This document shows positions 26,041 to 37,221 of a stretch of DNA of 64,000 nucleotides, piece after piece. Positions within the stretch are counted from its first letter, which is position 1, and every line of letters begins with the position of its first letter. Origin of the DNA: Antedon mediterranea (lineage: Eukaryota > Animalia > Echinodermata). The stretch is taken from assembly GCF_964355755.1 (NCBI RefSeq), contig NC_092672.1:4216001-4280000 (forward strand), written 5' to 3'. The position numbers were made by a program, and so were the translations under genes. Under the pieces are notes generated by a model, which searched no databases, was not told the DNA's origin, and was given only the letters and a program-made list of their open reading frames with translations.

Positions 26041-26620
26041 AAACAAACTTGCTAATTCAATTAAGTGTGACGCATGTTTAACAACAATCATTAGATCTTA
26101 TTAAAATCATTATCGTTAATATTTAAAAAAAAAACCTTTATACAATTTAAAGATAGAGAAGTAGGCAACATTGAATATAATACGACAGTATCATAGTAAA
26201 CAGATTATCCGTTAATAGATGTATATTTGAATGACGGATTCTTCTACAAAAATAACGAGTTCTGAAATAACTGTCAAAATTCTATTATAAAATACTCGAT
26301 TATATCTTAGAACGCTAATTCATATCTATAATCGTAAAGAGAAGACGTGATCCACTTTGCACTGGCGTCACTACTCGTCATGTGACGTCACGAGGTTTTC
26401 TCGACATTTAAAACACAATGCATTAAATTGCTTGAAAATTACGATTTTGCTTTGGAATGACTGAGAGATATTCTTCTCAGTCGAACTCAGGAAATGAAAA
26501 CTCGATTTGCGTTTAAATGACAACAAAGAAAGCCGGTTGCGACGTAAGATATATTAATATTATATGAAAGACATGTCAACTCATGCGTAATTACGTACGT
26601 ATGTCCACATTACATACTCA

Positions 26621-27360
26621 AGCTTGGTTCAATTTTAAACTCAAGTTCTGCCCTAAAGCTTGGTTCCCATTAGGCGCAATCAAGAAAGTAAGTCGCAACA
26701 CAAGCGAATAGACCAAAAGCGATTATTCGAACTGATGGCTTGTGATTGATCAATTGGTCAATGCGTTTACGTTGCGGCTTACGCCCTAAAGCGTGGTTCC
26801 CACTAGCGACGCAACGCAAGGACGTAACGCAACGCAAATGAATTGACCAATCATAAGCGATGGCTTATTCGCTTGTGATTGCTAACTGTCTATAACTTCG
26901 CTTGTCATTGGTTAAAACGCTTGCGTTGCGTTTACGTCCTTGCGTTACGTTCTAGTGGGAACCAAGCTTTATAGTGCATTGCGTCCTAGTGGAAATCTTT
27001 AAAGCTCAGTTATAACTTGGTTCCCACTTGAGAGGCAACGCAAGAAAGGAAGACGCAACGCAAGCGAGTTGACAAATAAAAAGGGACAGTTTGAATATTT
27101 TATTGCTTGTGATTGTTCAAATCACCGACGTTGCGTTACGTCCTTGTGTTGGGTCTCTAGTGGGAACCAAGCATAAATTGCGTTACGTCCTTGTGTTGGG
27201 TCTCTAGTGGGAAGAACCAAGCTTCACTAGGACGCAATACAACAACGTCAGCGCAACGCAAGCGAGTTGATCAATGAGGTGACAGAACATTGCCTGTGAT
27301 TGGTCAAATTACCTGCGTTGCGCTACACGTTCTTGCATTGCGTCATAGCTGGAACCAAGT
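26621..27360. mobile_element. Dense cluster of 4-5 nested or tandem family-1 MITEs
   Basis: Repeated GCTTGGTTCCCA / TAGTGGGAACCAAGC ends; a clean copy at about 26790-26968 is nested in an older copy. Confidence 0.85.
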
Positions 27361-27867
27361 TAACAATTTTGTTCTATCCCACTAGTAACGAGACGCAAGA
27401 ATGTTGAGTTTCGATAGACACACACTGACAAAGTATACATTTTTAATATTATACAAAATGTCATACAGAATCATTAAAAATGAAAAATGTCCATTCAGCT
27501 TACTCTATGTTTTTTTTACGTCGCTTAACGCTACATTTTGCAATTCATAATGTATTCCTGTGGCATCTATCTTCTCTGAGGAATATATAATCACGATAAA
27601 TCATTAAATAACACGAGCTGGTATACCGTTAGCATGTAAGCGAGAAGTTATATAAACAGCGATATGTTATACATGAGGTTGAAGTGTCAATATTGGTCAA
27701 TATTAGTAAGAGTGTTTATCATTTATATTTTCTTGGTCGTTTTTGGCTATTTACGGTGATTGACGACATGGTTATTCTACGGCATTATCATCATCGTAAT
27801 TCACACTTACCATCAATCATCGTCATGTCATCATTTTCCTTTATCTAAATTGTAAATCATCATCTAA

Positions 27868-28025
27868 AGCTTGGTTCCCACTAGGGCGCAACGCAAGGAC
27901 GTAAACGCAACGCAAACGTGTTGACCAATGACAAGCGACAGTTCGAATAATCCATCGCTTGTGATTGGTCAACTCACTTACGTTGCGTCTACCTCTTTGC
28001 GTTGCGTCCTAGTAAGAACCAAGCT
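27868..28025. mobile_element. MITE family 1, short subtype
   Basis: Both TIRs with TAA/TTA flanks. Confidence 0.85.
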
Positions 28026-29739
28026 TTATTCGGTATCTACAATTTATCAAGTCGTATCGCACGAAAATTCAAATCATAATCTATTGTTGTTGTATCCGTA
28101 TTTGTACTGTATACTACTGTACTGTGTACTATATACTCATATATGTGGTACCTGTATTGAAGATAGGTTAAGCCAATTACCAAAATACAGGCCTCACATG
28201 TGATACATTATGTGACGCTGTATCAAAGAATTTGCCTTTGATACTGTATGTTATAGATAGGCCTGGTGCAGTATACCGATAACTGACATCTTCAACCAGA
28301 GTATATCATCCTCCATCAATATCATCTCAACAGTGTCATTTGCAAAGTCTCTTCATTGTTTTCTCTCCGGCCCATTGTCTTCACCAATTACCATATCGTC
28401 GCCATTTTGATTGTCATCATCGTCGTCATTACGTAATCTTTGCATCTGTTGTAATGCCTACAGTACATCATCGATGGATTATTTTCTCATTAGTTATACG
28501 CACCATTCTATTTCACATAATATAACAGACATTATCAAGTTTGCCTGAAAACTATGACGCTCACATAAATACAACGCATGACGCGCATTTAGAAAATTAA
28601 CTATCAGACCGTTTGTATGTTATATCACTAAGCTCTATATGTTTTTTTATATACGAAACCATCCGACTTGTGTCTAGGCAATTACTAAACCACTGAATAT
28701 ATCTATGTAATTATTACGCCATAACGATCGGTAAGCAACAGTTATAAGTTGCCAATGATATTGATAAAATAATCCGCAGATCTGTCGGAAAAATCTCATT
28801 TACGTGGGTCACACACTGAGCATGCGCTCCTCAACAAAGAGATTCCGTCATATTATACGGTAAAAATAAGATTGCAAACATCCACTATTTCTACATTAAT
28901 GCTGCAACGGTTGGTGACGTCATGAAGGGCAATTACAGAATAAATGCCAACAGCGAATAAAAGCTGAATAGAAAAAAATGAAAAATAAATTGCAGTCTAA
29001 AAAAAATTCACAATAAAATATAATTATTTGTGAATCATGAAAGGGAAAGGCCAGCTACATATAATGCAGTGCATAAAATGGCATCGGTTGAAGTTAATAC
29101 GAACGGATCTAACGACGTTAAATAAAGATGAATAAGTGCTTTGCTATATAGGCCTACATTACATATATGCCTACCTATTACGTAAGAAGTGTCAATAGAA
29201 TAAAGTGTGACTAGCCTTTATTATTAACAATACTGTATTTGCTAGAGTAAACGCTAATTTTGATTACAAAATGCACTTTTAGATGTGTAATTGTAACTGT
29301 AGCACTAATTGTATTCTATTATACAGATTTCTCCAATTTGAGAAAAAACCGGTGGTCGGGACACTTCTGTTTAAGAAGACATTATAATTACCGGGTCTCA
29401 ACAAGGGCAACTGTGATATTTATATTTATAATTATATTTATAGAGGGGTAGAGTACATAATATAGTAAATCGGTCTCTACTTAGATGTAGTAATTAATGA
29501 GAGGAAGAATTGTATTTAAATAGATATATTCATAGGTCAACAAGAACATTAGCAGAAATTGTGATGTGATGGGCCGGGTGCTAACTGCATTTAACAAGCC
29601 GTTATTGATCACATCAGCGGTAAACAAGTCTAACAGCCTAAGGATAGACTTATTTTGTACTGGATTGAATCAATGTTTAATTCTTTCTTCAAGAAAATGC
29701 TGATGCAGTGTTGCCGCCGCAGCTAAATATATTCGTAAA

Positions 29740-30100
29740 GCTTGGTTCCCACTAGAACGTAACGCAAGGACGTAAACGCAACGCAAGCCTGTTGACCAAT
29801 GACAAGCAAAGTTATAGACAGTTAGCAATCACAAGCGAATAAGCCATCGCTTGTGATTGGTCAATTCACTTGCGTTGCGTTACGTCCTTGCGTTGCGTCG
29901 CTAGTGGGAACCACGCTTTAAGCTTGGTTCCCACTAGAACGTAACGCAAAGACGTAAACGCAACGCAAGCGTTTTAACCAATGACAAGCGAAGTTATAGA
30001 CAGTTAGCAATCACAAGCGAATAAGCCATCGCTTGTGATTGGTCAATTAATTTGCGTTGCGTTACGTCCTTGCGTTGCGTCGCTAGTGGGAACCACGCAT
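29740..30100. mobile_element. Head-to-tail dimer of near-identical family-1 MITEs
   Basis: Two copies of about 180 bp separated only by TTA. Confidence 0.9.
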
Positions 30101-30320
30101 GAGGAACGATCGCTGTTGTGTGTGTCTTTAATAAATTGAATTATTATTTTAGAACGGTATAGTGTCTGATAATGGTCAAATCAATCTCGCGTCGAATTAT
30201 TATTACAAGCCAATCACATTTTCTAAAAATAATGATATATTACGTGTTATTAACTTGATCTAAACTCGAATTAGCAACAAGGTTGAATCGATAGATAACG
30301 TCACGTTAACCACATTATTA

Positions 30321-30526
30321 AAGCGTGGTTCCCACTAGAACGCAACGCAGTGACGTATTGACGCAAAGTGCTATATTGCGTAATCACAAGTGGGAACCGA
30401 AAACGCAATAGTGCTGCAAACATCGCAGGTTTGATTTCACGGGGAAAAGGCGGGGAAAAAACAATTATTAGAAGGGCATTTGCTTACTTTGCGTAGATTG
30501 CGTTACGTTGCGTCGCTAGTGGGAAA
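30321..30526. mobile_element. MITE family 1, long subtype, reverse orientation
   Basis: Left TIR intact; interior is the reverse complement of the 1872-2077 copy. Confidence 0.85.
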
Positions 30527-30910
30527 TACGTCTGAATGAATGGACGTACAAAAGGCGTCTTACAATGGATGTTGATTGCCGAACCACCCACCATCCTCCA
30601 ATATTTTTATACAACTACACCGTTATTCATTCATTGAAATCTATAAAAAAAAAAAATGCAAATGTTCATAAGCAGTGGTTTAGTAACCCAATCGCTGTGA
30701 TGAAAATCTTAACGTTTTGATTTGGAATCGAGTTTCAAAATGTTAATTTACTAAAAAAACAGAACATACAACTGTAATGCAGATATCATATTTTATTTAT
30801 GTCTGAAAAAAGAGACAATAAAGAAAACTAATGTAGTCCTTAAAAATCGAGTGAACAAGAATTAAGAATATACGTTGCCTGTGTGGATCATGAAAGGGGG
30901 AAAGAGATTA

Positions 30911-31381
30911 AAGCCGAATTTCCACTAGCCGAACCGAATTTGTTCGCGCGAATCCAACGTTTCGAAGGGAAAAAAAACGCTAACTCTCTTTCCACTACAT
31001 GAGCGAATAGCTTCGACGTTCATGTTCCTCGCGTGTTTATTGAGCTTTTTGATTCGCATGAGTGCTCATGAAAGTGCCATAGCTCATTTCCTGAACTCTG
31101 ATTGGTTGCGCAATATTTTCGCTTCGCAAAAAGTAGAAACAATTCGAACTAGTAAATTTCGCTGAAGCGAAAAATCAAAGAAACTAGAATTCGTCGCAGA
31201 AGGGACTATGACAGACAGAAACTCAAATACGCATGTGTATAGCATGACGCTTTCGATTCGCGCGAACAAATTCGCCTAGTGGAAAAAAGGCTTAAAGCAT
31301 GGTTCTCACTAGCGACCTACGATGTTTGCAGCACTGTTGCGTCGATACGTCGCTGCGTTGCCTTCTAGTGTGAACCACGCT
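30911..31381. mobile_element. MITE family 3 (AGCCGAATTTCCACTAG...CTAGTGGAAAAAAGGCT) plus an adjacent short family-1 copy
   Basis: TIRs with sub-terminal GAATTTGTTCGCGCGAATC inverted repeat and TAA flanks; second element 31296-31381. Confidence 0.8.
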
Positions 31382-32964
31382 TTAGGCCTACAGATATATA
31401 AATAGGCCTATAGCCTAATGTAAACAAATATTTGCACCGTATAGAATCTTACCACAGAAAGCAAGTAAATAAATTCATCTGATTCTCGGTACTGTATCTA
31501 TTTCCGAAGTATCATGGAAATATTTGGTAATAGTACATCACATGTGTGTAGTAGTCACCTAACCCTTTAACCTACCCTTACATGATACAGGCATCACATG
31601 TGATATGAATTAGATCCTGTACATTACCAATTGCTATGATACCTCGGAAGTAGATCTAGGAGATAATATCTGGAGATACAGAACTGGAAATGACGAATTC
31701 CGACACCGTACTGAGACTTTGGGCCTATCTGTCGTGTATATTGGTTTGGGTAGAGCACACATTGGCCAAATTTCAACAGGCGAATGCACTGCATGTTTCA
31801 TAAAATAGAACACATTACAATTCACTATTTCATAAAAGAAGTATTTGAAAGGAGACAAAATAACGTTCTCCTTTCTCATTCTCAATTCCATATTAGTTTC
31901 AAAACGAGGTAGTTGACTTTCTAAGAAGTTCATTGAAATAATTTGCAGTGTCACCGACCCTTTGAAGATGCGAATGGAAAATGATCTGTGATCAGAGTTA
32001 AACAGAGCTACATTGCTCAATTTTGATCGAAGTGATGTACTGAAAAAGGTAATGACGGAATGATGAGGATAATTGTAAGAGAGACAGTGATTATGTTATA
32101 TCTAGTCTGAGTTCCAGACGGATTTGTCTTAATATTAGTAAAAAGATAAATATTTTGGCACATATGGCGTTTTATACGTATACTACTTAATAATAAATGA
32201 AAACTTATATAGCGCCGGTATCCTCCACCCATGTGGCGCTCATGGCGCTTACTTGAGTTGGATACTCCAAAATCGAAAGAAAAAAACAACAAATAAATAT
32301 AAAAAAAAAGACAATGAATACAGACTTGGGCCAAGTCTAAATACGTACAGTTGAGAATGAAACCTACAGGTTTGGAAACGTTCTGTAAGTTCGCTTATAC
32401 TTTTTTTGGTTGTTACAAAAAGGAAGACAGTGATTAATGGTTATGATAATAATGACGTAATGATGATAATGATGGCAATCAGTGGTAGATCCAGGATGAA
32501 GATCAGAGTCTATTAATAAATGTAAAGATACTGGATATTCGGGATTCGAGAAAAGCCTACCGTGGGTACAAGGTGTCTTGCTATTTCTGGTTATGTTGTG
32601 AATTAGGCTAAAACAAGAGGAACATATTATGGATCCTAAGCTCTAAGATTATGATGGTGTTGATATTAACGATGTAGTCAATGATGACATCGACAATCAT
32701 AGTAATAATGAAGGAGATGATATACGATATGATAGGATATCATTAATGTTTAAAGTCACCAGCCCCTAATTAGATACAATAAGATAAGGTAAGGCTGCAT
32801 ACAAGTCAATTTTATTGTCAAAATTAAAATTGCCGAGATATGTTTTGTACGTGAGTATAATCATAGTATACAGATATATTGTGATAAATAGCCTACATAT
32901 TTAAATTAAAATTATAATACGAATTGCTGAAATGTTTATAGGAATAGGCAGCGGGTGTCATTAA

Positions 32965-33155
32965 AGCTTGGTTCCCACTAGCGACGCAACGTAACGCAAC
33001 CTACGCAACGTAAGAAATACCCTTCTAATAATTGTGTTTTCCCCCGGCCTGCGTGAAATCAAACCTGCGATTTTTGCAGCATTGTTGCGTCGTTTACGCG
33101 ATACATCACTTTGCGTCAATACGTAGCTGCGTTGCGTTCTAGTGGGAACCACGCT
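32965..33155. mobile_element. MITE family 1, long subtype
   Basis: Both TIRs with TAA/TTA flanks. Confidence 0.9.
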
Positions 33156-33525
33156 TTATGTTTGCTATAGTTATATTGTGTGTAAACGTTGTAAGCCTCC
33201 TTTTTTATTCTTATGTTTATTAATTGCATGTGTTGCTTTCTAAATCCGGATTCGTCCTTAGATTTGATATAAAAGCTACTAGTACTACTGTTATGTAAAG
33301 CATACGGGCTTTTTGTGATGGATCATGATATACAATGAACAATACTTTATTATGTTTGTTGAAATTATATAATTACGAGAATTACATGTCGTCGACGACT
33401 GAATGTGTCGAGCACACCACTGCTGTAGGCTACATTCGATTCCTGCTTATTAGATACACTTATCATAATATCATAGAGGGCGTTCATCATTATTCATTCA
33501 GAATCAATGTTTTAGTCCGTGTTCT

Positions 33526-33986
33526 CACTGTACAAATAGTGTTTAGATCTTAAACATCTATTTTGTACCACTTTTTCCACACGTTTAGCTTTCAAACATG
33601 AGTTACATGTTTAGCGTGTTTAAACCCTAAACGTGTTTTTTGTTAAATAAGTTCATTTGGATCTGATAATATAATGTGATATAGCAGTTTAGCAGTCAAC
33701 ATGTCACTATTATGTTCAGTCAACATGTTTAGGTGTTATAGCGTTGCGGGCATATGATTTTACTGTGGAGGAAAAAAGCTCCACAAATGGCAAATTAAAC
33801 ACGTTTAAAATCTAAACGTGTCTTTATATTTCTCCACATGTTTACTAATCAATATGTCACTGATGTGTTGAGTTGACTACATGTTTAGAATGTACTGTAT
33901 TTGGAACCTAAACATGTTCATATCTAAACATGTTTAAAGCTAAATGTGTGGAAAATGTTTAAGATCTAAACACTATTTTTACAGTG
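33526..33986. mobile_element. Foldback-like non-autonomous element with CACTGTA termini (EnSpm/CACTA-like)
   Basis: 26-bp TIR CACTGTACAAATAGTGTTTAGATCTT / AAGATCTAAACACTATTTTTACAGTG; many internal AACATGTTT/AACACGTTT motifs; TSD unclear. Confidence 0.75.
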
Positions 33987-34436
33987 TAAATTTGTCAAAA
34001 TAAACACATTTTGATTCACATGACGTGTCACCAAAATCGATCAAGGTTGATTTACATCCGTGCAATAGTAATTATAGGGCTCATATTGCTCTGAGTCCGC
34101 TTCCTATCTCCTATATTCTAAAAAGAAATCTAATATTATTGCACGGAAGTTCACGAACCCTAATAATGGATAAAACTGTGAGGAACAAGAAAAAAACACA
34201 CACGATGTAAATTTAGAAACTTTTAAAATGAAAAAAAAATAATAAAGACAATAAGGTGTTACTATTAGATCGTTAGTAATGAGAAACTTTAAAAACCATA
34301 ATTCAGCATATAGGCTTAATATTATTCACTACTTCTTCTATAGATATCAATTACATTTGAGACAACGTACGTAAAGTTGGACTGGAAAAAATACAAAAAT
34401 CAGTTTATGAATATTCATGATATTGCATTGTCGTAT

Positions 34437-36529
34437 TTAAGAAATGCAAGCTTGTTGACGAGGAGTGGCAATGATTTCATAAGAAAACTCTTCATTGTAG
34501 CCAAGAATTCCTTCAAGGCAGTGTTGGTTATCCTCTTTTGAAGTAAGTGTAAAACTTTGTAGCAGATATGTCAAAAGAACAAACAGATCGACACGAGCTA
34601 GACCCAGTCCTTTGCACATGCGCAAACCTGTAAAAAAAATCACAATCATTAGTTGTGATGCACAGTTAAATTGAATTAAGAAATCGTCATCATTTTGTTT
34701 GTTTTTAACTCGGGATTTTCAAACCATGCATGGGCTTTCTGAAACAATTAGTCCCTATCACTTACCATACAGTAGGACCCCTCCTTTGGGACACCCCTAG
34801 CAGAGGACACTTCTATTAAGCGGACACTTTGTTGGATCTCGAAGGTGTCCCCTTAATAGAGGTTGTACTATATTTGTTTTTTATTCATAATATATCACTA
34901 ATAACTTACCTGTTCCAAATGGAAGGTACTCCCTTGGTTTGCAAATCTTTCCTTCTTCATTGAGAAATCTCTCGGGCCTGAACTGCCCAGGGTCGGGATA
35001 GACATCTGGATTGTGGTGTACTGCGTAATAATTCACCAAGACCAAAGTACCGGGACAAACATTATAACCACCAATATTTCCTCCGTGAGGGGCACTATAC
35101 TTTCTGACAACTAGTCTTGAAATACGTAGCATTTCCATTATTGCTGCATCCGTGTATGGTAATTTCGATTTTTCAGCGTACGTTGGTCTTCTTTTACCTT
35201 CCGTCAGGTCATCTATTTCTTTCTGTATTCTCTCAGATATTTTGGGATTCTGCGTGATAAAGTGCATGGCAATGTTGAATGTGTTTGTAATGGTGTGAGT
35301 TCCAGCGATTAGTGAGACTCGAAGTGTATTTGGAATACTTTTGACATTGTCCAGTTTTAAATTGATTGAATTATTTACAGTAACATCCGTGCTCGGGACG
35401 TCTACTTTGCCGTTTTCTTTTGATGTTTGTCCAAGTCTCGTTATTTCTCTCAGTTTATCGTTCACGAACTTCTGTAGTTTATACCCAAGCAGAGCCACCT
35501 TTTTAAACTGGAAAATTTTCAAGATACTGCAAATTGGAAACACGTCCAAGAGGTGAAAGTACTGGTCAATCTGGATGATGTTCTTGCTGAACTCTGCCGT
35601 GTTCTTCAACCTGACGTCATCATCAGGACATCTGTTGACACTGAAGACACTCAGTGTTGTATTGACGACGGTTGATAACACAAGAGGCTTTAGTTCGAAC
35701 GCGTTTCCCCGTTTCTTCTTGTGGATCTCGTCAACCATCCGTTCTACCTCTTTTGCAGCAAACTCTTCAAGATCACCAGTGGGACTTCCAAAAACGCGTT
35801 TAACGTCTTTGAATTGTTCATCCAAACTGGCTTCTTTGCCTTTTATAAACGAAGCTGAAAATGTAAGATTAAGATACATTTTATTATAAGTAATATTTGA
35901 AAAATGATAGCTTTCATTTGAGTCAATGCGAGACTTATTAGGCATATGCAAAATTATAGAAGTTAAGTTTTTCTTTTTTGTTGATCCAATAGATCGAAAG
36001 TACTAAAAATGGATGTCAATGAAATTATTTAAATACTATGTAAATTTATTTTTAAAGATACCACTAAAGCAGTTCTAATATCGACCTATATAAGTTGAAC
36101 AAGTTATAGTACTGTACATATAAAGGTTTATTTTGCAAAGGAAACGTAAATGTTATGGAGAAATGGTTAAAACTTACCTATTTTCTGCAACGAAGAATTA
36201 ATTGGCCCCAAATATCGTTTAATATCCTTGTGTTTGTTGGCAGCTTCTCTGATTGAGTTAAAATCATTCAAAGTAATCACATCAAACCATCCAATACGAA
36301 CTCGAACAACAGAACCAAACTCTTGAGCTAGTTTGTAGAACTGCAAATGCGGTTTGTCACCAAGAAATGCAAGCAAGTTTCCGAAAAACGGTACACCTTT
36401 TGGTCCAGGTGGAGTTATTTTATCCAATAATTTCTTGCGTTGTTTGAAATACAGGATAATGCATATTGCTAGTATAACCGTATATGCAATATGGAACGTG
36501 ATGCCGTAGTTTGCCAGCGTAGTCAACAT
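34437..36529 (-). CDS. Cytochrome P450, clan 2-like (CYP1/CYP2/CYP17 neighbourhood), 495 aa, apparently intact
   Basis: Exons 36529-36178, 35854-34910, 34627-34437 (GT-AG, phase 1, 1488 nt). N-terminal TM anchor, PPGPKG hinge, I-helix AGTHT, EMLR, FRPERF, heme motif FGTGLRMCKG across intron 2. Confidence 0.92.
34770..34869. mobile_element. Small Tc1/pogo-like MITE in CYP intron 2
   Basis: TA-CAGTAGGACCCCTC ... GAGGTTGTACTA-TA; GGACAC/GTGTCC internal inverted motifs. Confidence 0.55.
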
Positions 36530-37221
36530 TTTTAGGAAGCTCTTACGAAGAGGAACTACAACCGGAATGCGTTTGGCAAAACTTGTTTTTTATTTTATAT
36601 TGCTTCATTCCAAGTATACCAGCATTTAAGGTATAGCATCGTAGGTGTAATTTTAACAAACGTATTAAGTAATTAAAGTTAAAGATCGCTTAGTTATGAT
36701 CAAGGTATAGGCCTATATTAGAAACATCAGTAAGGCGGATTAATTGAATCTATCTACAAAAGATAGATACAGGTAGGTTGTTTATGTATCGTTTTACCAG
36801 ATCGGAAGTATCTCTATATATAGACTTAGAAATAGTTTCAGTTTCTTTTGATGTGGTCAAAGATAATTTTATTCAAATCCATCTTTCATATCTTTTTTTC
36901 CCCCAAAAATACAACGCACCACCAGCTGTGGCAACAAGACAAAAACAAACACAAAATCTTTCATTTTTATCTGTCTGAAGTCTGAATCATATTCTAATAA
37001 CTAAAAATGTAAGGTTTAGACCTTTTTGCCAAGAAGTTATAATATACCATGTAAGAATTAGTTTTATTCTTTACATATTAATGAGCTCCCATAACAAACT
37101 CATTCTCCTAATGGTTTATCTTCTTACTCCCATATTATCTAATCTAAATCTAACATGTGGTACAGAAAACGGCGATACCACTTCATAACGATAACGATGC
37201 GATGCTTTATACGTGTTTAGT

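Noticed and set aside
31634-32334. ORFs of 128 and 105 aa as a gene or LINE endonuclease
   Set aside because: Only a faint SDH-like motif; no coherent domain or splice structure
35341-35889. Plus-strand ORFs overlapping the P450 (also 37398-37805, 39432-39680, 6141-6578, 62479-62727)
   Set aside because: Antisense shadows of real coding exons
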